Positions 36,401 to 50,484 of a stretch of DNA of 64,000 nucleotides are shown piece after piece. The DNA comes from Raillietiella orientalis (lineage: Eukaryota), in contig JAYWIR010000023.1 in the NCBI GenBank assembly GCA_036172245.1, positions 1,240,001 to 1,304,000 on the forward strand. Direction: 5' to 3'. Positions within the stretch are counted from its first letter, which is position 1; every line of letters begins with the position of its first letter. Made by a program: the position numbers and the translations under genes. The notes under the pieces are model-generated. The model was not told the origin of the DNA, did not search any database, and was given only the letters and a program-made list of their open reading frames with translations.

Positions 36401-39400
36401 TTACGAAAAGGGAACAATCCGATCAAGACTCATATGGAAGCTATCATCATAAAGTAGCATCACTACTTTTCCATGAGAAGAATATATGTTTAAAAGTAGA
36501 TTCCAAGAATTCACGAATTTAATGTGATTTGAGCAGCATTTGAATGCACTACAAAGTATTGATATTTCTCAGTTGGTGTTATGTGAAGGAATACCGACTG
36601 TTTATTCAATTAGATACGTCCATGCACCATCAGATGGTCATACACGTATGTATACGTGTAGACGCATAAGTTTTGAAGGAGCGAAAGTGTGTCTCATGAT
36701 GGGTCTTTCACTATCGTGCAAAACGGTTGAAGCTGTGAAATAAGTTCTTTGGAGAAATGCATGAATGATTCTAGAAGTAAATAGAAATGTGAGTAATTCA
36801 AGTAGAGATTGAAATCTCAAATCTCATTTACTAGTGCCCTCTTCAAGGAAAGGCTGGGAAAAATTGTTATTGAACTGAAAGTTTCATTGCAACTCCAAAG
36901 GGCAAAATTGTCTCTACAAGTCGTGAAAATTATCACTAAAGTTCGAATGGAAATCACTTTCGAGAAAGCTTATTTGAAGTTTGAGACGCTTTGAGTTCTT
37001 TGGATTGGCATGGAATGAAGAACACGTTGTGTCCATAATGGGATTGGGGGACAGCCTTGGGTATAATTTGTCGGCAATTGTTTGTACCGAAAATATCCCG
37101 AGTTGCATTTGAGTTCTCTATGTATTCATTCGAACTAGAACCGGGATTCGGTTTCCCCCCGTTTTGTCGATAGTGTCGATTGTGATTTGGCGCTTCGAAT
37201 AGTGTGATCACCAAAATGCACATTGGTTTTCCCTGCCGGAAAGCTGATGAGCGAGCATGCTATGCTGTGTCCTCATTGCGCGACGTGTACACATACCGAG
37301 TACAGGATATAGCAGAGGGCCGTACGTAAACGAAGAAAGATTAGTAGAAAGTAAGTCTGAAAACTTAAAGAGTTAATGGAAAGCAGTTTGAACATGTGCA
37401 TTTCAAGTTTTGTTTTGTTTTGTTTTTTTGCTTGTATCTTTTTCCTATGGATGCCACCAGCGTTTGATCACACACACAACGCAATTCCGGAAGTTGCATA
37501 GGTTTCACTCGGTTGCTTCATGTATCCCAGTGCATGTGCTCGAGTCCAATGGATGTAATGTGCAGCACAGTTTTGCCTAGTAATGAAAGAGAATATCTCA
37601 CCATTAAAAAAAAAAATTTGATACTCGATGCTGCTTGCGTGTGTGCGTGTGTATTCTTGGAATTACATGTTCTTTGGATTCCTTATAACCTACTATTCCT
37701 AATTTCCTCGTGGGAATGTCGTCCCGTAAACACACCTGTGAACATGAGGTTGCTTCATTCAGCTCCATGCTGATTGCGTCTTCATTCAAGAATAACGTAA
37801 CGGCTGAATGAAACGGTCACGTTATCCTTGCGTGATTCGAGGTTCACGTTTCCTTGCATTGTAAGTTGTTTTCTCCCTTGAAGGAAATTGATGTATTCAC
37901 AAAGGAGCGAATGAGTAACTCCTTGGAAAGGTCTTCACTTCTCATCCACCATGGCGCTCATCCGAAGTTAGCAGCTCGACTTGATTTCTTTTCGTTTTGC
38001 ATGCCCGCTGCGAAGGTTTTGCACTTTTGTGTTCTGAACTTGGTCTTCGTATTTTGCCAGAATATTTGGGTAGAACGGTATCTCAGTTCAGATTTCAGTT
38101 ACGCCACCCGAAAAAGACTCATTTGTGCATTCGACCGACATTTTGAGAAACAAAATTCAGCAAACGAAACTCGGGTTATTTGGATTCCTTCTTGTTCCAT
38201 TTTGTTTCTTCTTCTTCTTCCTGCTGCTGCTGCTGCTGCTGTTGCCCTGATTCCCAAATGAGCCTTTCCGCGAAAACGTGTACATATAGAATTTGTGTTT
38301 TTTTTAAGTAAACGGTGGCTTTCCGTTTCGATTTATTTGTGTTTTGGAATACTTTTCAGGGAGTACATATCAGTAAGTGTTTATAAAATTAATGAGTGTA
38401 GGTGTGTTCTGTTTCGTCCAATAAATTCATTAGTAAGTGTGGCATACACGACACCTTCCCAACAAGTTTGGTTACAGGGCGATAAACCTCCATCAGTATT
38501 TTCTTTACGGGGGATGTTCAGAGTTTTTATTTTCTTTGCTTCAAATGCATTCACATCCAGAAGTAACTTGTCTCCCTCGTAAACACGTGTGCATCAGCAC
38601 AGGGTGGAAAGGTTTTTGTTGGGATTTCGGGGCATTTGGCTCCAGAGGGTCGCCATGTCTTGTAGTTGGTTTTCCTTCAAGCCATCCTGGAAGCTACCGC
38701 TGAAGCAAAGTTGCTCTTCTCACTTCCCCCTGGCCGTGAATCTAAGCTTCTAAAGTTCAAGGGGTGCACTTTTTTCGTTCCAAAATTGCCTCGTTTTGCA
38801 CACTTCAGCGAAACCGATGTAAATTTTCTCCTGTTGATGTTTTTCCATGGTTCCACTATTGGAAATCCGTCTTTCTGAATTCAAAACACTTGTCTTACCT
38901 TTTTGTTCACCGTGGTCTTTTCTCTCTTGGGAAACTTGCTTGGTGTCCGCAAGCAATGGTCGTTATGAGTCCGTGCTGTTGTAGTTGTCATCGTGATTTC
39001 TGGGCAAAGCTCGAGAGAATGCCATGCCAGTTCTTTCCCAGAATCTGACCGTAAACAAACGAACAGCTTGAAATCAATTTTAACTCTGCAGCAGTTTTGA
39101 TTTTCACCTCACGGTGAACTTCCGTTTTCTCGGAGGAAGAATGCATGCAGAGCTCTACCCATGGCAAGAGGAAAAGCGTCCCCCTGCCCTTGCCTCGTAC
39201 CGTCTAAGGTTCGTCGTTACAAACTTCGCGAAGATTGTATAATCGTACACATGTGCATGCGAGGGAAAGCGATCGTTATCTGTCTCTGTCTCTTTCCAAA
39301 ACATCCGGAGATGCATTTAAAAAAGGGGACTACGGTTGAAACCGTGCGCTCGAAAAAATCCGTGCCAGAAATGATCGCGTAACGATGGGCAACACTTTTG

Positions 39401-42400
39401 TTGCAACGGTTGCCTACTGTCGGTGGGGACAGTCAGTCCGTCAGGATGACTCGTGTTGTAGCGTCTGCACATATGTAGAAATGTGTAGCTGCAGTTGAAG
39501 AACGTGACCAAGGAAAACCGTTGCTACCAGGGTGAGCTGCATCGTGCTTCTTAGCAGCAGCATCTGGGTCGCGAAATTTTCAGTGATGCTGTGTGCCAAA
39601 GAGGAAACGCGCTCTTGCGTAGAGCGCATCACCGTGGTTTCTGTATGAGTAAGAGGCATCTAAGTGAAAGATGTAGATAATTAGAGAGAGTAGATAATTA
39701 GAGATTCGTTCTACCATTTTGATGTTCCGCACTCTTGCCCGCGCTTACGGACCATTTCCCGTCATGTTGAGCAGCGCCAGTTTCTCGTTATCAGAATGAG
39801 CTATCCGCATTCTGTGGCAAATGCAAGCAATGAAGGATACATATGTGAAAGCTCAAGAATCCATTAAACCATATCGGCGGACACCTGTCAGCTGCAGGAG
39901 ACTGCAATCAGTTTGCGACTTGTGGTCGCGTGGTAAAGCTGGTCCAGTCGCAGAGTAGCATATTATCTTGTACCTCCGCGATCTTGCGCGCGGGGGGGGA
40001 GGGGAGGGGGAGGGCAGAGAACACGAACTTTGGTACTTGAGTGGAAGCAAATGCTGGTATGGAATCGAGCATTCTGTAACACTCAGATCTCTCACCTCAA
40101 AAAAAAGAAGGAAACAATGAATTGTGAAAAATATCCATAAGGTAAATCGCAGTATTGCGAGTAATCTCTGAGTAATCGTTACTCCAAAATTTGCTGTTCG
40201 TCCGTCATTTTTGTCGGGATGTAATAATTGTATAAGATATATTGAAAATCACTATAAGTGTCCAAACTTGCATGTGATGACAGAGTCATTAGTTGAGCTA
40301 GAGGTTTTCCTTGAAAATCATAGCATAGGCTGTTGTTGATTTTCTCATTCAGTAAAACAAATGTGCTGTACGAAAACTTTTATAGATTGCAAGTTTGAGC
40401 AAGCAGACGGACTGGAGCGAGATCAAAATACAAAGATGGCTTCGAATACGGCACTCAAGAAGCAAGGTTCCCACACTCTCCAAATTTTGCGAATCCATGT
40501 GAGTACCGAAAACAACGGAAAGAGATCGCCCAATTGCATTTCCCTTTTGAATGAATACTGCTTTGCATGCATTCAGAGAATCGTCATCACATCAGTGTTC
40601 CAGAAAGACGCTTTGCGTTACCATTGCCTCCCTGCGTTCGTTATTCAATATGCATCCTTTCTACTCGTCAGTGAATTTGCGTGAATTCCCTGCCTATTTT
40701 AGCGCTTTGAGTAACGCGAAATACTACTGAATGTGTGAGCATGCTGAAGGATCGTGTCGGTATTCCCAAAACATGTATTGGCGAACTGTAGGACACCGTC
40801 TAGAAGAGGTGCGTTACTGTATGATTAACTCACGCTTGACTGTCCAGCTTGGTTCAGTTATGGAAAGCTATCGATGGACCTCGGTTTTTCCTGTAATGTG
40901 GCATTGGTTCCCATTCGTTTTTTTTTTTTTTTTTTTTTCCCCTTTCCTTCTTCTTGCCTTTTTTTGGGGGGGGTATTGGATGAGCTCTATAGTCTTCCTA
41001 AATTGAGCTTAATTACAAGTTTGCTCAATACGCATCTTTGTAAATACGCCTGTTAGTAGAACTCTTCGGGCTCCAGAACGGGAATTTGCTGTAAAGTTCG
41101 TACTCATTTGGTATACTTTTTGAAAAGAGCAGCGAGGACTGAGAAAAAAGAAAAGTTTCACGCGTCGAATTTATCGAGTTTCGTCTACATTGAAATGGAC
41201 TGCTGTAACCACCGTGAGTCCTGGATGTGAGAAATTGCGATTTTTTGTCAGCGCGACCAAAATCGAAAGGAGCAGCAGCACTGCTTTTCCATCATCTCAG
41301 ATGTAGGTATGGATTCAGCTTTCTGTTTTTTCCAGGTGGAAGTTTCTTTATTACCTGTTCGCCTTTCCCTATGGAATTTTCTGCCTCTGGGATAAGCCAT
41401 GGTTTTGGGATACAAAGCAGTGTTGGTACAGTTATCCTCATCATGTAAGATAAGGCTTTTTCATTTCTATCACCTTAAGAAACGTGGCACTTTAGATCTG
41501 TTTTATGTTTTACCGATGGCAATTTTATGCAAGACAGCAAATAGAAGAAAAATAGTGATTTAAGGCTCCTGGAGGTGCTGTTGTTTCATATCAGCTATTT
41601 TCCTCGGTAACAGCGAATCCGTTTGCTAGAAGCATCGTGTTTCCCCTTTCCTGTGTCGTAGAGGTGCGTAGGAAGCAGGAACCATCACTTTCGGGACATT
41701 TTATGCATTGCGAACCAGAAACCACGAAACCAAAAGTAGGATGGCCAGCTTCTAGTTTAGATATAGCAGCACGCAAATTATTCGCTTTTTTCGAAATGTG
41801 TATTTCCTCCGTCCTCCGTGAAACTGTTCGCTTTGTTCAGTATTCTTTAAAAGAGAAAAACATCCTCGTATGAGAAGTTAGCCTGGTGGCCAGCTCGAGA
41901 TTTATGTGTGTTTTTCCACTTGGAGGATCTTCGTCAGAAGGGAAACACATTTCTTGCCGTAGTAATAAGATTCAGTAATAACCGCAGCTCTTTGTCTGTC
42001 TGATCTTTGTCTATCGGATTCCAAAGGAAGGCGCGATTCCTGTGACCAAGGTCCTGCGTGCAGACCCGGGTTCGTTGCGGCCTCCATAAGCGGAGCACAC
42101 GTGGTCGCGTTCGGCCGGCCATCTCGCCCTGTCCGCCTCGCAGCCTTGGGCAGACCGGCCCCGCCGATCGCGTCTGAGGTCGTATTTGACCACGTGCTTC
42201 CTCCCGTGACTACGAAAGACGTGTGTTCTTAAATTTGTTATCGCGGCTCTCATAAAATCACGGGAAGCTCATCTGCAAACGTCTGATATCGGAAAATGTA
42301 GTTTGTTTATTAGGGTTACTTAAGGACTTCTTATGCCACAGTCCACTTGCATTTGCCACCTTTAATGTGACCACAGTGATGTTTTTTAGGGGAAAAAAAA

Positions 42401-44350
42401 TAGTAAAAGAAAAAAGTGAGAAAAATCAGTTTTGTTACATTTGCTAGTCCAAATTGTTTCTAGGTAGTTCCGTTTTCCATCAGTCAGACCCGTTATAGCT
42501 CCCACCAGTCAATTTGTCGTTACACTTATGTTCCTTATTTACGAATTGGATGGTTCGGTTTGTGTTCTTGCTTGAGTGTGCAAACTACTTTGGAGGAGAC
42601 AGACTAGTAACAGCTTTGAAACTCGAATGATCGACCCTAGTCCTCAACTCTAATTGATAGAGGTCTACGATGTTGACTTGGCTTACATACTAAATGAAGT
42701 CATGGAAATCCCCCCCCGTTTCTGTTGCAGAATCCCGTAGTCAGACGAGCTTCGTTCCTGCGTCCTGTCACTTTGTCATCGCTTCCTGTGCGCTCGCTCC
42801 GAATGGAATTCCCTTTGACACGAAGCGACAGTCACGTGTTTCCGTGTTCATTATTCAGGAGAATCGATCTACCCGAGTTCCCTGTATCAACACAGCTTCT
42901 AAAACCCGAGTACTAATTAATAAAAGTTTGTATAGTCATTTGGACGCGCAGGTGGTAACACCGTGTCATCCGAAGTCATCTTTTTCGTGGCTTCCGGTAA
43001 TGGGCCTCCCTGTCCTTGGCTCTCGCGTCTTTAATGGCGAAATAGGGTTATCTCGCAGGCGAATCAAATGCAGATCACAGCATACTTGTAGAGAAAGATT
43101 CTACGTCTATTTGGCCATTTGGAAAAACCAGTTGGAATGTTTTAGCAGAGAGTTGGTGAGATTTGGTGGTGCTGATTATGGCTGGCATTTTCCGATCCTA
43201 CAGTGATTTGAAGTGTCCTCTTAGAGGACACCTCAAATCGAGGTAGACGCACACACACGATCCAATTTGAGGAGAAATACATCAGCAGCGTTTTGTTGCA
43301 GAAGACGAATTAAATGCAGATCACGGCAATCAGCCTTGCACTTTTATTTCTTCTTCTTCTTTGATTTGTTAATGTGTTTGGGTAAACAAGAGAATTTGTT
43401 GCTTGAAAGCTAGTTCCCATCTCTTTGTCCTTATTGAAAAGTAACATCAGCATTTCAATCTCTATAGTAGAGAATACCGTTTTCTGACTTAGTCTGGGGA
43501 CCTTTCGTGCACGCAGCTTGGCGCTCACTTCTTCCGTGAAGAGACAGTCGTCTCTCCGAGTGTATATGCTTGCTATTGGGAGTTCCAAGTGCTTACGGTC
43601 CAGCTGAGCAGGACACGGGTCGGTCACTGATCAAAGCTCTCCCGATGTGATATAACCTTCCTAATCTTAGCGAATTGGCATTTCCGCGCAAGATGAATTT
43701 GAACAAATGTTGCGTTTCTTTTCAGTCTGTAGCGGATGGTGTTTGGTGGTGGTATATGTTTGAGCTGACATTTTATTGGTCGTTGACCATAACTCAGTTC
43801 ACGGATGCGAAACGCAAGGATTTCTGGGAAATGTTTATCCACCACATCACGACAGTGTGCCTCTTGTGCTTTTCCTGGACATGCAACCTGACCAGGATGG
43901 GAACGTTGGTTTTGTTGGTACACGACTGTGCCGACATTTTCTTGGAGGCAAGCCCCGTTGCTAAAGAGGGTGGTCACCTTTTCCTTCTTACAGAGTGCGA
44001 AAATGGCCAAGTACGCAAACCACGAGACTCTGTGCAGTGCCTTGTTTACAGTGTTTACTGCACTCTGGATCGTGAGCAGGTTAGGATTGTATCCGTTCTG
44101 GATCCTCAGAAGGTAATGGCCGGCGCGTTTTCCCCGTGTGCAACTCCCATGCAATGACTTTGTTTTGCTTTCAGCACCGCAGTGGAAGCACCCGCGATCA
44201 TACCTCTATTTCCTGTGTATTATATTTTTAATAGTTTGTTGTTGATTCTGTTGTTACTTCACACGATATGGACCTATTTCATTCTTAAGATAGCAGTTAA
44301 ATCTATTGTCGCCGGATGTGTAAGTACCTTTGATAGCACATGTTCTGTTT

Positions 44351-44413
<63 letters not shown>

Positions 44414-44669
44414 GTGAGCATTTGTGTGAATGCCCCGCTGTGTGTTCTCTCTTGGAATGGGATGTTTTTGGTTTCAGGTTCAGAAAGACGAGAGGAGCAG
44501 TAGTGATAGTGTGGACTCTAGTGATCAGGAAAAAACTGATGAACAGAACTGTGTTGCGCAGCCCAAGCAACGGAATTGTCTTGTCAATCAGAATTCCAAT
44601 ATGAAACTGAATATATCCGAAGTACCTCGGACAAACGGTCCTAATTATGTGACTTCCGAAACAGACTGA
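33468..44669 (+). CDS. CERS: Ceramide synthase (CerS5/6-, LASS- or Schlank-like; Hox-like domain plus TLC/Lag1 domain), 407 aa, 8 exons
   Basis: Exons 33468-33661, 33771-33900, 40386-40498, 41336-41444, 43726-43947, 43994-44112, 44175-44319, 44478-44669 (1224 nt, open). Motifs: N-terminal WFWSPAIWLPANTTWND, Hox-like LSKQTDWSEIKIQRWLRIR, KFCESMWKFLYY, Lag1 motif RKDFWEMFIHH...GTLVLLVHDCADIFLESAKMAKY, C-terminal KDERSSSDS. Intron 5 is GC-AG. Confidence 0.96.
41900..42300 (-). mobile_element. L1/Tx1-like ORF2 3' remnant in CerS intron 4
   Basis: RPRVLRLW and ELRLLLNLITTARNV resemble the post-CCHC terminus of L1/Tx1 ORF2; locally GC-rich. Confidence 0.4.
44347..44412. repeat. poly(T) followed by (GT)n microsatellite in CerS intron 7
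   Basis: Directly visible. Confidence 0.95.
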
Positions 44670-47549
44670 CCCTTCCACATGCTGGTCGTTCAACCAGTGG
44701 ACAATGATCAGCAAAAATAACCATATTTTTCACGTGATTTTCCATTTTTACAATTCGAACCTTGTGTCGCGCATTATTTTTGTACCAGTTGCATTTCCCT
44801 CATAATTTGTGCGTCTTTTTCCTCTTCTTCTTCTTCTTGTTCTTTTCTCTTCTTCTTCTTCTATATTTTTTTTTTTTTTTTTCTTTTCTTGTGTGTGTTC
44901 CCTGAGACTTTCAGACTACAGTAATGAAAAGTTGACTTGGTGAACTCTGTGGCACCGACCCCCCCAGCAGAACGTAATCAGTGCACACGTCCATCGGTTT
45001 ACGGGTGCAAGAACCAGCTGCGTCTGGTGTCTTTAAGTAAGAAACCTACAGTGATTTGTTGTGCAGTACATTGTACTTATTTTTTTTCTTTCTCTCTCTC
45101 TCTCTTTTTTTCATTTTGTAATTTAAAATGCTCGGCTCTGCGCATGGGTTGGCTGTCTTTACCATTTTTGTGAAGGGATCTTTTTCTTTCGATGGCATTG
45201 CTCTGAGACGTTGATCTACCCCGAAAATAATAATTATAATAATAATGTCAAATACAGTTGTTAGAAAAGTAGACAGGATTTCTGGCTAAATTCTCCCATT
45301 CGCATGGCTCGAACCGTTTCTCTCAGCGTGATTTTTTTTTTTTTTTTCTTGCACTCAGGAAATCCACGACGTCCTCCATAACCAGTGTCCCAATGAATCC
45401 CGTGCGACCTGCTCTCCCTGTCCCTCTACATCGTTACGTACATGTACGATGGCGTTGTGTATCCGCACGCTGTGCGGTCCGTGTTTTCTTGGAAGGGTGC
45501 ATGAGGACCTCAGCACCAAGTTTTCCGCAGCGTACCAAACTTATTTATTACTAAATAGTATGTGTATTTGTTTGTTCCTTACATTTCTAGTTGATTGTTT
45601 AATATTCGCAAGCAATGCGCATGTTGGCTTGTACAATTTAAAAAGAAAAAAAAAATTAAACAAACTTTTCATCGGACTGAAGGAGGAAAGGAAAAGACAC
45701 TAATTTGTCGTGGATTTTTTTTTTGTTTTTGCTTTTTTTTTTTTTTTTTTTTTGCTTTTAAAGTCGCACTTTCAAGTAAGTGCGGGGATAGGAGCGACAA
45801 GACGAACTGTCTCAAAGTAGAGGGGAGAAAAGGAATGAATGTGGGCGTTCATGAGAAAAAATGAGAAAGGATTTCTCCACAGCCGAACGTGAGAAATAGT
45901 GTGAAGAACGAAGGTAGGGTTCTCATTCGTGCAACGGAGAGCGGACCCCCCGCATCGGGGGGGACCCCTCCGGTTCAAGATGGAACAGGAGTCTTCGCAG
46001 GCACCTCTCCAGTTGTTTAAAGGAGAGGACCCCTCCCTGTTGAGGGAGTTCATAACCGTATTTATTGAGTATTCTGAGTAGGTTCCGACATGCACTAAAA
46101 AGGGAGCTAATGCCAAACCTACCCAGAATACACAAGATTTTGAAAATGGCTGAAAAGGTTCCTCCTCCTGTCTGGTAAACTGGAGGATTTGCTTCTCCAA
46201 GAATGTTACCGTGGGCTTAGTTTCAAAGGATGATGTAACCGTTCCATTGTGAAGTTGGGATGAACGTTTTTCCATTCAGTTTCATTTGATCTCAGGATAA
46301 TGGAGTTCCAATATATATATATACATATATATTTTTCGAATGAAACGTTTACAAATTTTTTTTATCACTTAGAACGATGTACTACCCAAGGACGTGCAGA
46401 TTGATAGCATCAACTTTGTTTTTCATGATCTAAAGATCTTTCTTTCTAAACTGTAATGTACACTAATATGCGAATACAGCGTAGTCCTCGTTTTTCCTCA
46501 CAATTCCTGTTCCTTCCGATGAGTACAAGTTGAATGGAATTGAAAAAATATATACAAAAAGCATAGCAGCATTGTGATTTTGGTGCGAACGGTTCGCTTC
46601 AAGTTGTTGAAAATTTGGAGGACTGTAGATCTTCATTTATGTGGCTGTTGAGAACGCTTTTGAAGTTATGCAGAGATCGTCCTGCTTTCCAAACACCCGC
46701 AGCAGATTTCTCTTCCGGTTCTGCGAAAGCGGATCTTTTGTTCATGTAACGTCCTTTTTTTTTTTTGATGTTCATCGAAAATCACTTCTTTTCTATGTTG
46801 TTTTCTACATTACTTTCGTAAAAGTTTAATGTCCCGAGTGCTTGAATTGATCGTAACTATGAGCAGCTCACAATGTGTCGTCGTCAAGGGGATGCCTCAG
46901 CATGCTGAGCCATGGTATTCTGCATCTTGTAGTACGTGAAAGGTAATTCCCATGGACCATTGTGGATTCCACAGAGTGCTTGGACACATTAATCGAGCAA
47001 CCTTGTTTCTGTCTGCTCTCGTATTCCAGCACTGGCAACGTGAGTGTGAGGATTAAGGGGGAAATGCGGGGAGAGAGAGAGAGAGAGATGAAAAGATCGA
47101 AAAATCAAGCGAGTGCACAGCGTTTTCGATTCCTGTGAAATACTACGGCATTCGTCTCCCCTAGCACTTCCTTGGGCACATTCATTGCACACAGCTTGCC
47201 ATCCTTAATGGAATCGGAAGGGGAGGCCAGGAAGACCTCAGTATATCCGGCTCTTCAAAGCACCACTACGTAGTATTGAATCGCTTCGCCATGTGTATTC
47301 TGGTATAGAATAAACATTTCCTTAGACTTCAGTGTTGTATTTGTTCTTTTTTTTATCTAAATATTTTAAGAACCAGGACTGCGTTCCATCTTTTTATGGT
47401 GCGAGTTTCTGCAGAAGGAAAAGTTTGTGAACTGTTGCTAAATAAAGCATTCTGTGGTCATCGGATAATCAAATGGTTTAAAAAAACATCAAACAGAGAA
47501 ATCAGAAGAAAATCTTATGCACATTTGGAAAGAAACACTCCTGAATTTC

Positions 47550-47990
47550 GTTGCAAAGGTACTTCTGAAAAGGAAAAAAAATGCTTTTGATGGGCTGCTT
47601 CTCGAGTTCTATTGGCGTATTTGTACTATTTCGCAAAATTGCATGCATACTTTTACTTTGAAGCATAATGCGTCTTCTAATGAAAGCCGGGAAAATTTCT
47701 CCTAAAGTGGAGTAATGCTCGAGTTTGTGTCAGTGCTTTGTCGTTTTTTCCCGACCTTTGGAGGATTATGGTACCTCGTTCATGTATTGAATCTTATAGT
47801 CACAAAGGCCAAGTGATAAAAGATGGAGAAGGTGCGAGGTGTAAGATCTTCCAGAAACGTACTTTGCCCTCATGACGGGCAGGTTTCGTTACTTCCAGCA
47901 GGAAACTTTCGCTCAATAACCCATAACAGTTCTCGTTTGCAGTTTCTTCGTTCTGGTTGACGAAGTTCGTTTTCCGAGCTACGGGTAAGG
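47550..47990 (-). mobile_element. L1/Tx1-like RT-proximal remnant
   Basis: VRFWKIL and RGTIILQRSGKNDKALTQTRALL resemble FYxxFW and GxIxLxxKxGxD...RPIxLL. Confidence 0.35.
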
Positions 47991-48779
47991 TCTTTTAGCT
48001 GCAAATCGCTGACAGACTTTGAAAACACACACACACACTTTATGAATCATCGTTATACGGGAATTCCAACTGGAAGAAGATATGAAAAAACTATAATGCA
48101 GACAACACTAAAATTGTTTGTTGAACATTTCTGAACCTGGTAATGGCCACCTCCGCCTCCTCCGAATGCATTTGCGAGGCCGCTCTTCAGCAATAGTCCA
48201 CTGAAAATCAGTTTGAGACTTTCTCTTTGCCAGATCTTCATGAATATTTCCTCTCATCTTTTTTGTCTCCAGACTTTTTTGCTTGCCTTGGCCACAGATG
48301 TTCATGGCTGGAATCCGTGCTCGAAGACGATGGAGGTGGTCTTTCCATCTTCTTGCATTTGCGGTCATTTCTCGAAGATCTTGATTCGTGAAGTGTATTA
48401 TTAAGATATCAGTTTTCATTGCACAATAATGTGCTAACCAGTACCAAAGATGGCATTCAGAAACTCTATCCTACATTATCTGCAACTTATTGGAAAAGCA
48501 CAAAATTCTTTCAATTTGTCTCCCTTACCACTGAAGTCCCTAAACTCTTCCTAATGTAGATGCTGATTCGATCTTTTAACTGAACGAATAGCTGGTTACG
48601 TCGTTTTCCAAATTTACTGCTGGGAAGCACTTTTTTTTGTTTAATTAGTCTACATATGATACACGTAATAGATCTTTGGTGAAACAAGAAAATCTACTGA
48701 TCTTTTTGGGTTAGTGGATTTTTCTTGAAACACTGCAGGATGCCTAACCACTGACTGGATCCCATGCAGAGCAAGCCTC

Positions 48780-49320
48780 TCTCACTGGACACGAGGAAGT
48801 GTGGATGCCCTCTGCGAAAGGTGTGGCGTCCAACAGACTCTGCCGCACCTTCTGATGGACTGTTCCGCCCTCCGACCCCTCTGGGAGCATCTGCCGACGA
48901 TTCTAGACATCCCCGAAGGCGGACCCAGGGACATTACTGAACGCCTCTTCGTGCGTGACGCTCTGCCCCCAGCCGCGGTCTTGGCAGTCCTCTGCTGAAT
49001 CTGCGGATTCATGGCGGCCTGGAACGCATCGAGAAGAGGCCAGAATGGCAGGGGTGGTGCGATCCATTGGACACGTCTCTTTCTGAAGACCTCATGCAGA
49101 TGGCCGCACCTGGACAATGTAAAGACGCAACTTGTAGATATCCTGGACAGGATATAGAGGACGTCTCCCTGCGAGCAGTGATCCCTTCCCTTCCCTCCTT
49201 TTCCCCAGAACATCTCCCCCACCCTTGTTGCCCTTTTTGTTTCTTTTTGCTTGTGTTTTTCCCGTCCCACTCGCCGCGGAAACGGACCTCGCTGGTGTCC
49301 CAACCGGTGACTGACAAGTT
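48780..49320 (+). mobile_element. 5'-truncated L1/Tx1-like LINE: CCHC zinc finger, ORF2 end and 3' UTR
   Basis: CERCGVQQTLPHLLMDCSALRPLW is a clear Cx2Cx7Hx4C motif; in-frame stop downstream; pyrimidine-rich tail. Confidence 0.75.
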
Positions 49321-50484
49321 GCCATGACGTGGTGAACCAAGCGGTTTACAAGAGAAACATTTGCTTGCGCTTTCAGATAAATGCCCTGGCAAATCTGGGT
49401 GGCAAACCACTGACTGGAGGAAACTTTGATTCCGAACCAGTCTTTTAAAAGTTTGAAATTCGCAAATCTCCAATACGTATTAAGCGTATTCTTGCCGGAG
49501 GATGCTGGAAGATTATTTTATAGCCATAACATGGAGTCTCTATTTCTATGAGTTACTCCTGGGTTCTTTTCATGAGGGTGACTTGTGAGTTCGTGGAGTC
49601 GTTTTAGGAAAATTACTCAGAATTGAAATGTATCGATTCAAAACTGCAAATACATCCTCTACACATCACAAGTGCTTTTACTGTTCAGATCAAAAAGTTT
49701 GCAGAGCTGATGTGTTTTTCACAGTACAAAGCTTTCGGTTTCTTCAATGTGTTTGTGTTGAGGCTAACGTGTTTCCGTTATACTTTTGTCATACGTGATG
49801 ATATTATATTTCTTTCTGGGGGCATTCACAGAGAAGTGATTCCCAACTAACGTATGGCAGGTTATTTCGATCTAATTTTTGAAATTTTCGAAGAAAGATT
49901 TTTTGTTGAAGATTGAATTGCAGCGGTTTCATGTGAAAGCGTTGCTCTTCCCGGAGGCAGACAGAAAACATATGCCACTTCGAGGCTGTGATTTTTGTTT
50001 CCTTTCTAAGTTTAACAAGGACTGGAGCCTGCAAAGATGTCGACGATTTTCATTCTCTAATGCTGTCGTACGGTGTACATCGTTAAAACAGATGGAAAGT
50101 TCAATCTTTTCACCTTGCAAACACTGGGATGCATTCCAATGAAAAGTTGTACCAAGTTCAGTGTGTATGCATTGTACTCGAACATCGTACAACCGCTTTG
50201 CAGATCACGTGCGTAACAACAGTCCCTGGTATTTTGGGACCATGTACACAAGTATCGTTAACGTGTATGTAGAGTTCAAAGAGTGTACGTCTGCGGGTAT
50301 TTCGAGTTGATCTGGCAGCCCAGCCAGGGCTGTAAAGGACGTGGACGCGCACTCGGTTGGGCACTTCGCGCTGCAACCCCTACGCCCGGGACCTGCAGAG
50401 ATTCGCCCCACGAACGTTGCCCGAGTGCCATGCCACCACCATGCACACCCTCACGGGTGTAGGCGCCCACAAGAAAGGGGAGCT

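Noticed and set aside
37100..37356. CpG-richer patch ending in gtaagt as an alternative CerS first exon
   Set aside because: A single 6-mer donor is expected by chance; no transcript evidence.
39160..39660. Possible piggyBac or Tc1 remnant
   Set aside because: Motif resemblance is too weak and ambiguous to call.
42694..43206. 170-aa ORF in CerS intron 4
   Set aside because: No recognisable product; the opposite strand has eroded LINE-like words (LIQGT, GGDFH).
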